From contig NC_043004.1 in assembly GCF_006345805.1 (NCBI RefSeq), positions 56,544,001 to 56,608,000 of the forward strand: a DNA stretch of 64,000 nucleotides, written 5' to 3'. The position numbers and the translations under genes were made by a program. Origin of the DNA: Octopus sinensis (taxonomy: Eukaryota). Shown piece after piece: positions 1-13,971 of the stretch. The stretch's first letter is position 1. Every line of letters starts with the position of its first letter. Below the pieces are notes generated by a model that had not been told where the DNA came from, did no database searches, and saw only the letters and a program-made list of their open reading frames with translations.

Positions 1-13
1 TATCTATCTATCT
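1..13. repeat. (TATC)n microsatellite, cut by the window edge
   Basis: tatctatctatct directly abuts the 5'-truncated LINE. Confidence 0.8.
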
Positions 14-1862
14 TGGCCAAGGTGCTAGCCAAGAGGTTGGCGCTTGTCATCGAGAAACTGGTCGACAAGGCGCAAACATGCGCCGTGCCAGGCCGGACCA
101 TCCATGACAACCTCCATCTGATGCGCTACATCATAGACAGGGTAGTTAACGAACCTGGCATGGGTGGGGCCCTGATCAACTTGGATCAATCAAAAGCCTT
201 TGATAGGGTAGACCATCGATACTTGGAGGCAGTCCTGAGAGCGGCTGGTTTCGGTCCCGTCTTCCGCGGCTGGATAGCTGCCTTGTACAGAGGCATCCGT
301 TCGGTAATTCGCGTAAATGGACATCTATCGAGACCTTTCGACATTGCACGTTCGGTCCGTCAGGGATGCCCCCTCTCGGCGCTTCTATACGTATTGACTC
401 TTGAGCCACTACTGCGGAAGCTGGCGACTAAGGGGCATCCCGCGAGAATTGGGATGCGGGACGAGCGTGTCTGCATACGCGGACGACGTCACCGTCATAG
501 TGTCTAGCCACGAGCACATCGAGCTGGTCGGCGGACACTGAAAAACTACGAAGCGGTGACAGGAGCGAAAATCAACCGGGAAAAGTCAGTGGGCTTGCGA
601 CTAGGCACCTGGAGAAGCAAGCCCATGCCGTCCACCAGCGCCTCCGTCGTGGGACGCTGGACCGACGGCCCGGTTGAGTTGCTCGGGGTCTGGTTTGGTC
701 CGGACCTCCAAGTGGAGAAGAACTGGAACGAGATACGAGTAGGGTGGTCACTCTCGCCCGGCAATGGGCCGAGAGGAAACTGTCCCTAAAAGGTCGAGCG
801 AGGAGGTGGCGAACACGTACATCGCGTCCGTCATCTACTACCGCCTGACCGTCGTACCTTGTCCCGACCCTACCATCACCAAACTACAACGCATCCTCTT
901 TCGCTTCTTGTGGAAAGGATGCGTCCCGATGGTCAGGCGATCCATTTGCTGTCAACACCCGTTAAAAGGAGGGCTGGGCATGCCGTGGTTGATGATGCGC
1001 AGACACGCGCTGAGACTGCGACATCTCTGGCTCTATGTAGACGACGGTGAACAGGTGTGGTCGCCGTTTGTGAGGCACGCTTTCCCGCAGCTCGTCTCCA
1101 TGACCGAACTGCAGTCGTGGATCAAAAAGAGGCCGAGGAAGGGCGAATGGCACCGCGAGTGTCGCGTTGCTCTCAAGCAACTCTGCCGTCCTGGGTCGAC
1201 CTTAAGTGACTTCAACACAACCAAAGCATTCTATAGGGGTTTAGTGGAGGGGAGGTACGACGACGAGCTCGGGGCGAACCTGGACGTCGACGAGGAGTAC
1301 CTGACCCGCCTGTTCGGGACGACTTTCGGGCCAGGGCCCATGGACAACTTCCAGAGATCCCTGGCCTGGCAGTGCTACCGAGAAGCGCTACCCGTTCGGG
1401 ATAAGCTCTACAGACACGGCTCGAGAAACACGGGGCCGACCTGCCCGAGATGCGGTCAGAGCGACGAAACCGTTCTGCACGCACTCGTTCAGTGTCCAAC
1501 AATTTCCGACCTGTGGGCTTATGTCGAACAACTGCTGTCACGTGTGGGACGAGTCGGTTTATCAGCTGAGTCTATCGTCAATATTGTCACGCCTCCTTCC
1601 TTCAAACGGGAAGGAAGAGCTATTTTCATCATCCTTGTGGCTATGGCGAAAGAATGTATCTGGTGGACGCGTCTGAAAGGATTAGAGACAAACACTTTCC
1701 TCTCTGGTCAATCTCTCATCAACTTCTTCAAGTACCACTTGAAAAGGAAAGTGAGAGTAGAGAGGCAAGTTTTGTCTAGCGAATGTTTTAAAAAAAGATG
1801 GTGTGAATGTAGCAAGAATGGCACGTATGAATGACGAAGCCACCTTGAGCATAGTCCTATGA
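14..1862 (+). pseudogene. ORF2 remnant (reverse transcriptase + zf-RVT) of copy A, several frameshifts
   Basis: ORFs 13-507, 556-789 and 764-1834 align piecewise to the 5824-8085 ORF of copy B; natural stop inferred at TGA 1860-1862. Confidence 0.9.
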
Positions 1863-2065
1863 ACCCAGAAATCGAAAACAGAGAGTTGCTTATTTGCAAA
1901 AAAAAAAAAAAAAAAGAAATATAAAATGTGACTTCATTGACCGAGGTTACCGTGGTCTTTTCCGCAGGCTTTTCTTTCCACGGGTAAACCTCACCTGTCC
2001 TCCCCTTTACACTTCATATTGACATTTCTGTGATAACGATCCCTATTGATCATTTTTTTTCCTCT

Positions 2066-2105
<40 letters not shown>

Positions 2106-2165
2106 CCCCTTATTTTTGTCCTCTTTCTCTCCTTTTACGATCCCTTTTGATCGAACCTCCCCCTT

Positions 2166-2203
<38 letters not shown>

Positions 2204-2275
2204 CCTTCAAAAGAAAAGCTCTACCTTGTAATTTGTTCTATCTGTGTGCAGCCCTGTGTGGCTAATAAAGAAACA
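14..2275 (+). mobile_element. 5'-truncated Tx1/L1-clade non-LTR retrotransposon (copy A)
   Basis: RT motifs LDQSKAFDRVDH and SVRQGCPLS; YADD recoverable at ~474-490 (gcatacgcggacgac); C-terminal zinc motif CPRCGQSDETVLHALVQC; pyrimidine-rich 3' UTR ending aataaagaaaca then (TATC)n. Confidence 0.93.
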
Positions 2276-2406
<131 letters not shown>

Positions 2407-2409
<3 letters not shown>

Positions 2410-2454
2410 GATCGATCGATCGATCGATCGATCGATCGATCGATCGATCGATCG
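2407..2454. repeat. (ATCG)12 self-complementary tetranucleotide run, followed by (ACGG)n
   Basis: atcg x12, then acggacggacg at the 5' junction of copy B. Confidence 0.95.
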
Positions 2455-2656
2455 ACGGACGGACGTGATGTCAGTTCGGCTCCGAAGGTAATCGTTTATT
2501 TTGACTATTTATAGCTCAATTTTTGTGAACATTTTTGTAAATAAGTTGTGTAAGGCACCCAACTTTCGTTTGAGTGCTTTTCCAAGGGAGGAATTCGCCC
2601 CTAGGGGCAGTTTCAACCCCATTTCATTTCTGTAATTTTCTTCTTGACATTAGAAA

Positions 2657-4551
2657 ATGTCTAGAAATTTTATTGTAGAACGCTGGTCGCGTTCTTTTAT
2701 TGACCAGCATTTTCCTAGTTTGGAAACAATAGGAGAAAAAAAGAACGTCCGAGCGCTAAGTGCAAATATAAATATCGGTGAAATGAACGCTGCAACCACG
2801 TGCGGTAACAGCCCTGTCACCACCGCCACCACCACCACTAACAACAGCAACCACTAGACTACTACTGCTACCACCACCACCTCCACCACCACCACCACCT
2901 CCACCACCACCACCACCACCACCACTACCACGACCAACATAAATGATAAAAATAAAACTCGCACGAAAACTATTGACAAAAAAACCAGCAACAACAAGAA
3001 CAACAATAAAAATGAACTATCTAATAGTGAAGATGTTAATACAAAAAAATCAACAACAGTAAATTTCGCGGACACTCTTCGCCAGAAGAAAGAAATAGTA
3101 ACATTCACAAATGAAGAGCTCATAGAAACTAGAGCTCTCTTTACAACCCGTGGACAAGATTTAGTGCTGCATACACCTCAACACATAAAGCAAGAAAAGA
3201 AAATAAGACAATTGTATATAAAATTATTAGAAAAAAACAAAAAACTAAATGAACAGATTACAAAAAACTGATGTGGAAAAATGTTTAAAAAACATAATGA
3301 AAGAAAAAGAGTATATAAACTAGGGTCCCCAGTTTAACACAGTAGTGGTCCGCTTCCCTAACCAGGAAGTGGCAAAAGCTCACTCTACTGAGTCTCTGGG
3401 AAATGATGAAATCATCATCCCATACTACAAAAACCAGAGAGTGAGTCGAATCACAATTAAAAATGTACCTCCCGAGCTTCCTAACAAATGGATAACAGGG
3501 GAAATCTGTTACCATTTAAAAAATATAATATTTGGAGACCGCCGTGTACCCTGGCGACATTTGGGGTGGGAAGACAATAGTGGTGACCATCCAGATTGAG
3601 GGGGCCTCTATCGAGAGCCTACCGGATAAGATCCACTTGGAGAATGGGCAATGCCTATATGTTGTGGTAGAAGGCAAAAAGCCTAGATGCTACAAATGTG
3701 GCAGCCCCGAACATTTGATTGCCAAGTGCGATCTGGTACAGAAAAAACAAGAAAGAACAAATCAGAAAACAAATAAAATCCCTTTGTTGCCAACACCAAC
3801 ACCAACACACTCAATTATGGAACAATGCAAGAAAAAAACAACAAACCACGAACAAACCGCAACAACATCACCAAGAAAAGAAACAGTACCAACACAATCA
3901 CCGTTGACTTCACAACCAATTAAACATGTTGAATTAACAAAAAATAGACCCACACCCACACCCAGGACAACAATTAAAAAAAGAAAAACACTGACGAGAA
4001 GACAAATGCTACCCCTAACACCACAACAACACAACACCGCACAAAACATCAACAATTTATACAAGCATACATAGTAATGCAAATGTTTTGCCTCTACCCC
4101 ATACTGATACGTCGGACGACGAAAGTTCGACGGAATGGCAAATAGCCACAGGGGTAAAAGAAAAAGATCCAAAAAATCCACCAAACAAGGAAGTAAGCAG
4201 GGAGATATCTAACTCAGGACAACATCCCCCTAGACAATCAAAAAAGTAATGAACCCGTAAACCACACACAAACTAACTGCAATAGACACAGACAATAAAG
4301 AATTAATGGACTACATCAAATCTAACATGGTCATCTGTGAAGATGACTTTAAGACAAACAATCATCCGCACACCACACCACCGAAACACATCAGAATTTT
4401 ACACATAACACAAGCACAACACCACATACTGAAAACAATATTTCCGAATGCGGTAGGCGGGTATCAACGATACCTGTCGAAAAAACTATACAAACACCTC
4501 ATCAAAAACAATACAAAAGAAGAAGAAGAAAAAAATGAAACTTTTAGATGA
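2657..4551 (+). pseudogene. ORF1 (gag-like nucleic-acid-binding protein) of copy B, frameshifted
   Basis: Pieces 2657-2857, Thr/Asn-rich ~2860-3270, 3345-3599 (RITIKNVPPEL, RRM-like) and 3532-4074 with zinc knuckle RCYKCGSPEHLIAKC (CX2CX4HX4C). The 3' end is uncertain. Confidence 0.78.
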
Positions 4552-4636
4552 AACTTTTAAATTAAAAAAATGAAACTTTTAAAACTTCTTGCCTCTTGTC
4601 TCTTCTAATATAGTGTGTAAAACACAATTTTCGTAA

Positions 4637-7600
4637 ATGTCAAGTATGCTTAAATTAGGTTGTGTGAATGCGCGTGGCTTGGCGTCGGCTTGGAAGCAAG
4701 GTTACCTTCTAAACGACATCAAGTCACTGGACGTGGATATAGTAGCTATCAGTGAAACCAGACTCAGTAAGCCGCGGGCCCTCGAGTCCATGTTTGGCAA
4801 TCAATTTGACATTTATTTTTCTCCCTGTCTGCCGAACATGGGTGGTGGAGGTACTGCGGTGCTTTTTCGAAAGAGTCTAGAGGTAAAAGTAAGAGCAATA
4901 TTCCTAGACCCGGAGGGTAGGTGGTTGTCTTGGACGTGGATGGCAGAAATGGGTGTGCATTCCGTCTGATGGCAGTTTATGCACCGTCCTTAACGGGTCG
5001 GGCGGATTTCTTCAGACGTCTAGAGGTTTTCCTGGGTACGTCTAGACCTTTACTGTTAGTAGGGGATTGGAACGCTACCTTGGACACGCATCTAGATTAT
5101 GTGGGAAGGGATAGGAATAGAAGGGGGTGTAAGAGCCTCAAAGACCTGCTCAGACGTTTCCATTTGTCTGACAGGTTCCGACTCGACCATCCGAACGTGC
5201 CAACGTGGACTTGGACAAACCGCGTCGGATCGTCGAGATCTTATCTAGATAGAATTCTATGCAGGACAGCGGATAGGGATAGTGTAGGATGTCCACAATT
5301 TAAAATAGTCAGCTACACAGATCACAAATTTGTTACATGTACGCTCGACTTAGATAAAACACATAGGCAGGGTCCCGGTTACTGGAAACTGAACGCGTCG
5401 CTGTTAGCGCGACAGGTTTACAGGAACCGGATTAGCGAGTTAATTAAGAGGGCGCTGACGGGAGCGGTCGTTAACAACGACTGGTGGTACGCCCTGAAAA
5501 TGGCAATAAAATCGGAATCAATTAGGTTTAGCAAGGAATTAGCGATAGAACGCAATAGAGTAGAGGGAGACTTAGTTAAGAAACTAGAAGAGGCACTTAC
5601 CACTGGCAGCGCAACCAACGTGCTGGCTGCGAGGATGGCCCTCGACCAACACCTCAACGCCAAGCACGAAGGTTGCGTCGTCAGAGCTAAAATGCGTGCC
5701 TTAAGGAACGAAGGGATTGAAGCTGCGCGAGAGGCCCGGGTAGCGGAGGCGTAGCGTGGCAACAGATCCACCATTCGGTCTCTAATAAATCAACAGGGAT
5801 GCAGTTTACTCGAACCCGAAAGGATGTGTGAGGCCTTTCAACAGCACTTTGCTCGACTGTTTGGTGCGAGTGGTGGGTCGGAACGGGGGATGGATTTCAG
5901 TGCCTACCTGACCGACCTGCCGCGGCTCTCGGCAAGAGAAGCGGAGTGTTGTGAAAGTCCCATCACAGCCGCTGACGTGTGGGATGCGATGGCGGGCTGC
6001 GCGAGGGATAAGTCGCCTGGATTGGATGATTTACCCTACGAGCTGTATTGTCGAATGCCAGACTTGTTTGGCGACCTCTTGGCATCAGTCTACTGCAACT
6101 GGCAACAAAACAGGAGAATCCCCGGTTTCGTGAGCCGAGGTGCAGTGACGTTGCTGAAGAAAGACTCAAACAAGGGGAATTTTATAGATAATTTCAGGCC
6201 CATCACTCTGCTCAACGCAGATTTGAAAATTTTGGCCAAAGTAATAGCCGAGAGGTTGGCGCTTGTCATTGGTAAACTGGTCGACAGGGCGCAAACATGC
6301 GCCGTGCCGGGCAGAACCATACATGACAACCTCCATCTGATGCGCTACATTGTGGAGAGGGTAGTTAAGGATCCTGGCATGGGTGGGGCGCTGATAAATT
6401 TGGATCAGTCTAAAGCCTTCGATAGGGTCGACCATCGGTACTTGGCGGCCGTCTTCAGGGCGGCTGGCTTCGGTCCCGTCTTCCGCGGTTGGATCGCTGC
6501 CTTGTATAGTGGCATCCGATCGGTGATTCGGGTGAACGGTCACCTGTCGAAACCGTTTGACATCACGCGTTCGGTCCGTCAGGGGTGTCCCCTGTCGGCG
6601 CTTCTGTATGTATTGACTCTCGAGCCGCTACTGCGGAAGCTGGCGACACTGAGGGGCATCCCACGGGAACTGGGTTGCGGGACGAGCGTGTCGGCATATG
6701 CGGACGGTGTCACCGTCATAGTGTCGAGCGACAAACACATCAAGATGATAGGCGAGACACTAAGAAAATACGAAACGGTGACGGGAGCAAAGATTAACCC
6801 GGAAAAGTCAGTGGGTTTGCTACTCGGCACCTGGAGAAGCAAGCCCATGCCGTCCGACTGCAGCTCAGTAGTGGGACGCTGGACGGACGGACCGGTTAAA
6901 TTGCTCGGGGTCTGGTTCAGTCCGGACCTCCAAATGGATAAGAACTGGGACGAGATCACGAGTAGAGTGGTCGCTCTCAGCCAAACATGGGCTGAGAGAA
7001 AGCTGTCTCTAAAAGGCCGGGTGGAGGTGGCGAACGCGTACATCGCATCCGTCATCGATTACCGCCTGACCGTCGTACCTTGTCCCGACCCCACCATCAC
7101 CAAACTGGAACGCATACTCTTCCGCTTCCTGTGGAAGGGTGGCGTTCCGATGGTGAGGAAGTCCATTTGCTGTCAACATCCGTTGAATGGAGGACTGGGC
7201 ATGCCGTGGTTGATGATGCGCAGGCATGCGCTGAGACTGCGACATCTCTGGAAATTCATCGACGACGGTGAACAGGTGTGGGCGCCGTTTGTGAGGCGTG
7301 ACTTCCCGCAGCTCGTCTCACTGACCGAACTGCAAACGTGGATCAAAAAGAGACCGAAACTGGGCGATTGGCACCGAGAGTGTCGCCAAGCTCTACAGCA
7401 GCTCTGCCGACCGGGGTCAAACTTGTGCAACTTACAAACGACTAAAGCGTTCTATAGAGGACTAGTGGAGGGGAGGTCCGACGACACACTCGGGGCAAAC
7501 GTGGGCGTCGACGAAGAATTCCTAACCCGCCTGTTCAGGACGACGTTCGGGCCGGGGCCTATGGATAACTTCCAGAAATCCCTGGCTTGGCAGTGCTATC

Positions 7601-8085
7601 GAGACGCACTACCTGTTCGAGAGAAGAGCTACAGACACGGTTCGAAAACCATCACCGGACCGACCTGCCCGAGATGCGGTCAGAGCGACGAAACCGTTCA
7701 GCACGCACTCGTGCAGTGTCCAGATATTTCAGAGCTGTGGTCCTTCGTCGAACAGCTGTTGTCACGTGTAGGTCAGGCTCGCCTATCGGCCGAGTCTATC
7801 GTGAATATTGTTCCACCACCTTCCTTTAAATGGGAAAGGAAAACGGTTTTCGTTACGCTGATGGCTATGGCGAAAGAATGTGTGTGGTGGACGCGTTTGA
7901 AAGGACTGCAAACAAACACCTTCCTCTCTGGTCAGTCTCTCGTCAACTTTTTCAAGTACCACTTGAAAAGGAGGATGAGAATAGAGAGGAAGGCTTTGTC
8001 GAACGAATGTTTTAATAAAAAGTGGGTAAAAGTGGCAAAAATGGTCAGTATGAAAGACGACACTATTTTAAGCATAAATCTGTAA
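4637..8085 (+). pseudogene. ORF2 (AP endonuclease + reverse transcriptase + zf-RVT) of copy B, near-intact
   Basis: APE motifs CVNARGL, ISET, GDWN, YLDRIL, SYTDHK. RT motifs KSPGLDDLP, FRPITLLNADLKILAK, QGCPLS and YADG (second Asp lost). One frameshift at ~4922 and an in-frame TAG at 5752-5754. Confidence 0.95.
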
Positions 8086-8375
8086 CCAAAAGAGACAACG
8101 AGAAGTAAGGCGACTTACGCATGTGTTCTTTTTCGAACTGTCTGAGGTGACCTTGGTCTTTTTTGTAGGTTTTTCTTTCCAAGGCTACACCTAAACTGTG
8201 AACCTTATATATATATATATATATTGCTTTTTTATACACCACACAACCCACAGATCCCTATTGATCAAAGGTTTTTTTTTTTCCCCACCCATCCCACCGC
8301 GAAAAGAAAAAATTCTACATTGTATTTCGTCCATTTTTATTCTGTGTTTAGCCCTGTGTGGCTACAATAAAAAGT

Positions 8376-8398
8376 TATCTATCTATCTACCTACCTAC

Positions 8399-8476
<78 letters not shown>

Positions 8477-8480
8477 ATCT
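8376..8480. repeat. (TATC)n microsatellite 3' of copy B
   Basis: TATC array with a few TACC variants. Confidence 0.95.
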
Positions 8481-9041
8481 TTTTCTATTTATATAAACAT
8501 ATGTATGAATGCCCCATTGATCTTATACTGGCCCCAGAACGAAGACAGCGGCTAAACAACACACACACAGACACACACACAACTATCTATCTGTTTATAT
8601 ATATTATATATACTAACATATACATATATTAGATGCACATGATATTACGTATATGTATATAAATGAACTCTCTCACAGACGTATATATATATATATATAT
8701 ATATGTAGAGAGCTGTAGATGAAATGTGTTTCACTGTATGTTTGTGTTTCTCTCTCTTTCTCCTCCTCAAGTCTCTGTCTGTCTGTCTCTCTCTCTCTCT
8801 CTAAGCGCATTTGTTTGCATGTAATTTCTACTTTCACTTTTATACTACATGTAATACGTATCTCCGTCAATGTTCAAACTCTTAATCTTAATTTGTTTCT
8901 ACAGCATCTTATAACTGCATTAAACCATTCAAACGTCTCTCCTCTTCACAAAACTCTGAAGGCTCCTCCATGATATCTTTAATATTGCATTATATATTTT
9001 TTCCATATTTTATCTCTCACTTTATGTCGCCAATATTCTCC

Positions 9042-9083
<42 letters not shown>

Positions 9084-10576
9084 ATTTTTGTCTTCTATCT
9101 TTATCATCTTCTGTTTATCATTTCTCTGCTACGCTCTAAACAATTAATATCGCCCTCAGGTTTACTACCTTAATAAACTACATATTCATGCATTTCCCCG
9201 CCTCGTTGTTCTCGTCTAATGTTATGGTTTACGTCGCTTGAAGCATTTCTTTACTCTTCGAATTCTATTCAATATTTCCATAATCATTATAGTTTATTGA
9301 ATATTTTATGAATAATTCATTGTGTCTTTTATTGTGGTGATTGCGATATCTGTTGAGCGGGCGCCCTGCAACCTATTTAGTTGCAGTGTCTTGTAAATAT
9401 AATAGGGCAATAAAAGAAATATGGTGAAATTTTCTATATCCAAAAGTTTAGTAAAGAAGGGGTAGTAAAATATTTAAAGAAAACATAGGAAAGACGTAGT
9501 GTTTACAGATGTAATCAACCCATCTTTCAGATTTTTTGATAGTTTCTTTCTAAAGATATTAAAATGCAATTATGCATAAATCATTAAGAATACGTTTTGT
9601 TGGAAATCAATGGCAGAATTTGTGAATTAATATTGTCTGTTTGTACTAAATATACAGTTGTATTTCACGTGAGTATTTAAACCAATGTCCAGTAAATATA
9701 TTGAAATGAACGTTTTAATGATTCTTCTGGAACGTCATTATATATCGGTGTCCTATTTACCCCACCCACTGAAGGTGAATAAAAAAATAATTCTTGTCTT
9801 GTCTCTCTCTTGAACAATACTACAGCAAAATACGGAAACCATTTTGTAAGTGAGGAACATGAGAGAAATATAGTGAATGTCTATCATTAAAGAAAAAATC
9901 AATATTTGAAACTTGGACTTTAATTTTATTTGGTAGATGTGGTTTTAGTTTCATACATGTGCCAAATAAATTTTGATTTGTGCTTCATTGGTTTTTAAAA
10001 GAGACTTGTTTTTATAGTCTCTAATCATAGTTTAAAATTTATCTAATTCGACAGGAAACGTTCTTACATATTACTATGAATGAAAGTTAGTTAATATTTT
10101 CAAATATTTGGATGTATCTGGCTGCCGAGACTACGCTCTAAATCAGAAGCCTAGCAAATTCTGTTCGGCAAAGGGATGTATACGAATCGTTTTCATGTCC
10201 TTCGGGCTCAAGAAACAAAAAAAAAAAAAATGCTAATCATTCAGAGATATTACATTAAAGCTTTATATTGTAGGGGTATTTATTTGTGTTTGAGTGTGTG
10301 TGTGTGTATGCGTGTTTTTGTGTATATATTATCTATTTAACGTTCATATTACTTATATTAAATTGCTACTAATAGTTTCATATGATAAGGCTGTAAATTT
10401 CTCAAGTCAGTCAGGAATAGGCGGAATTTTCCAATTCTTTAGAATATATTCATGCACATGCATGCGACCACTGAAAACGTCTGACCTGGAGTTCAATAAA
10501 GAGTTAGGAATCTTAGATTGAACATGATCTACGCTCTTTCAGCCAAAGTCTACATTTATATATATATATATATATA

Positions 10577-11378
<802 letters not shown>

Positions 11379-11914
11379 CATGCATGCATACCTATATATA
11401 TTCCTCTCTGTACATATTTATTTTTTATTAGCTGACCAGTTATGACAGTTTTTTGTTATTAAATGATAACATCGCACTTAATTAATACCCAAATTATTTC
11501 TTTATTGATATAATTACGTAATGATTCCCCAACTCTGTTTAACCTAACTAAATTTTATTACTATTCTATTACATAGTTTTTAGTTTCTAACTCATGACGC
11601 CTGATATAAGGATCGTCCCATCTATCCCACCCTATAACGTTTAACTTTACTAACTCCTTCATCAAAATGCAATAAGGTGTGATCTCACAACTTCTAAATA
11701 TAGCTTTGGGCTTTACCTTTTTTTACTTTTTTACTTTTTACCTTGTATCTTTACCAATACGGACTTACTAAACTCTGTGATGAAGCTTTGAAGTTCAATT
11801 TTTATTTGTTATGTCAAATGTACCATACTGAATCCCTAAAGTAGAAACATACCTTTTGTGCGGCCATTGCTGCAATTTTTGCTAACTCTGTATAATCTTT
11901 TTTATTTCAGAAAA

Positions 11915-13074
11915 TAATAAACGCTGACCCTCAGCTTACTCAAGAAATTAAGAAGCATGCTGTTATTGTGGCTATAAAAGGCCGAGCCTAGAGATTTAGA
12001 AATATCTCGATTTTTAAAAGTTGCCAGATCTTTCGTCTAGGAGCTACTAGAGACTGCAGATGGAAACGTATCACCTGTATCAAAACATTCTAAATGATCT
12101 GGTATCATCAGAACACCAGAATTTATCCAAGTTCAACAGACTATTGATTACTATACCAGAAAGTCCATAAGGTCAAGTGCAAAAATATGTCCATGTATCA
12201 GAAGGATCAATCAGAAATGTTGTCCACAAAGTCATCGGATATAAGACTTATATGATGAGGAAAGGCAAATTTGCCAGAAAAATCAATAGAATATTACTAT
12301 ATCAGATCTAAAAAGCTCTTAAATAAACTGAAAAATCCAGCAGAAGATTTGATTTGGTTTTTCTCAAAGGAAGAAACTTCGACCAAGATCCAAACGTTAA
12401 CAGAAGAAATGACAAATGCTTATGTGCAGACTCTTCTGAAATTCCAAGTCTTATGCATACAAACGTTCCTGATACTGCCGACAGTTTTAGGGGTTGTCGG
12501 CAATGAAGGACATGTGATGCCTCCTTATGTGTTTTCACAAGGCCTTAGAGTTAACTATTCCGCCTACATTGAGGTCCTGGAAATAATTGTTATGCCCTGG
12601 ATAGACAGTGTATGCAATGGAAGGCCATGTCTTTCAGTAAGAATCTTCCCTATTACACATGACTCTAGTAACACAGGAATCAATGGTTGAAAATTTGCAT
12701 GATCACATAATCCCTAACATTTGGCCTCCTAATTTCCCAGATCTCAATCCATTGGACTATTACATGTATGGCGTTGTTGAGAGAGAGGTCAATGAGCACG
12801 TACATAACACCAAAGATTCTCTGAAAGCTACAATAGTCAGAGTAATGGCCAAAATGAACCAGAACCACTTGATTCGCGCATGTAGAAGATTTAGATTTCA
12901 TATAGAAGTACTTGTTGAAGCTGAAAGTTGTTTTATTGAATAACATTATTGAAACGACGATTTCTTTTCCTCCTCGTAGCATTTTTTGACAAATAAAGTT
13001 ATCATATGTCGTTAGTTATATATCTCTTTCTTTTTATAAGCATAAATCTGTCCTCAAATATCTTATGCACTCTG

Positions 13075-13077
<3 letters not shown>
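11915..13077 (+). mobile_element. Degenerate Tc1/mariner-superfamily DD37D (maT/Bmmar1-like) transposon; 5' TIR not found
   Basis: Frameshifted transposase: WFFS.E, GVVGNEGHVMPP, WPPNFPDLNPLDYY (the reconstructed D-to-D spacing appears to be 37). The 3' end ...cttatgcactctgctg is followed by TA. Confidence 0.82.
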
Positions 13078-13119
<42 letters not shown>

Positions 13120-13129
<10 letters not shown>

Positions 13130-13186
13130 CCGGAGTAAACACATAAATGTGAAACAAGGTGGAAAAAAGAGTACTCAAATACCAGT

Positions 13187-13233
<47 letters not shown>

Positions 13234-13415
13234 AGGGAGGTTTGCGAAAAGAACAACAAAAGAGGAAGACAGGTGGTGTACAAAACAAACAGATGTATTA
13301 TTATAACGCTCAGGAATAGAAAGGCCTTTTACTTTTCGAGCCTACGCTCGTCTTCAGAAAGGGACACAGAAAAAACAAGGAGAGAAAAAAATGTGTGTAG
13401 TGGCTAACGATTTAC
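13120..13415 (-). mobile_element. Penelope-like pseudo-LTR remnant
   Basis: Short pyrimidine-rich (minus strand) segment between (TA)n tracts carrying a minimal hammerhead motif; similar to 42800-43012. Confidence 0.6.
13325..13362 (-). ncRNA. Minimal type I hammerhead ribozyme motif
   Basis: Minus strand: ccttt-CTGAAGA-c-gagc-gtag-gctc-GAAA-ag-TA-aaagg. Helix I ccttt/aaagg, helix II gagc/gctc, GUA cleavage triplet. Confidence 0.7.
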
Positions 13416-13423
13416 CATGGCGT

Positions 13424-13468
13424 CTATGTATGTATGTATGTATGTATGTATGTATGTATGTATGTATG

Positions 13469-13521
<53 letters not shown>

Positions 13522-13897
13522 TATATATATACATACATACATACATGCATACATATATATATATATATATATGCATACATATATATATATATATAAATAT
13601 ATATATATGCATACATATATATATATATATAAATATATATATATGCATACATATATATATATATATATAAATATATATATATGCATACATATATATATAT
13701 ATATTATATATATATATATGCATACATATATATATATATATATAAATATATATATATATATGCATACTATATATATATATATATAAATATAATATATGCA
13801 TACATATATATATATATATATAAATATATATATGCATACATATATATATATATATATAAATATATATATATATGCATACATATATATATATATATAA

Positions 13898-13969
<72 letters not shown>
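13424..13969. repeat. Compound (TATG)n/(TA)n tract with a ~32-38-bp higher-order unit atgcatac(at)n-aaat(at)n
   Basis: The recurring anchor atgcatac appears about 10 times within TA runs. Confidence 0.85.

Positions 13970-13971
<2 letters not shown>

Larger units (their letters stand above)
2455..8375 (+). mobile_element. Near full-length Tx1/L1-clade LINE (copy B): 5' UTR, ORF1, ORF2, 3' UTR
   Basis: Two-ORF layout; CCHC knuckle in ORF1; APE-RT-zf ORF2; 3' end aataaaaag followed by (TATC)n. Confidence 0.95.

Noticed and set aside
2455-2656. HDV-like ribozyme in the Tx1 5' UTR (contains the palindrome gcccctaggggc)
   Set aside because: I could not build the nested double pseudoknot by eye; a descriptor search is needed.
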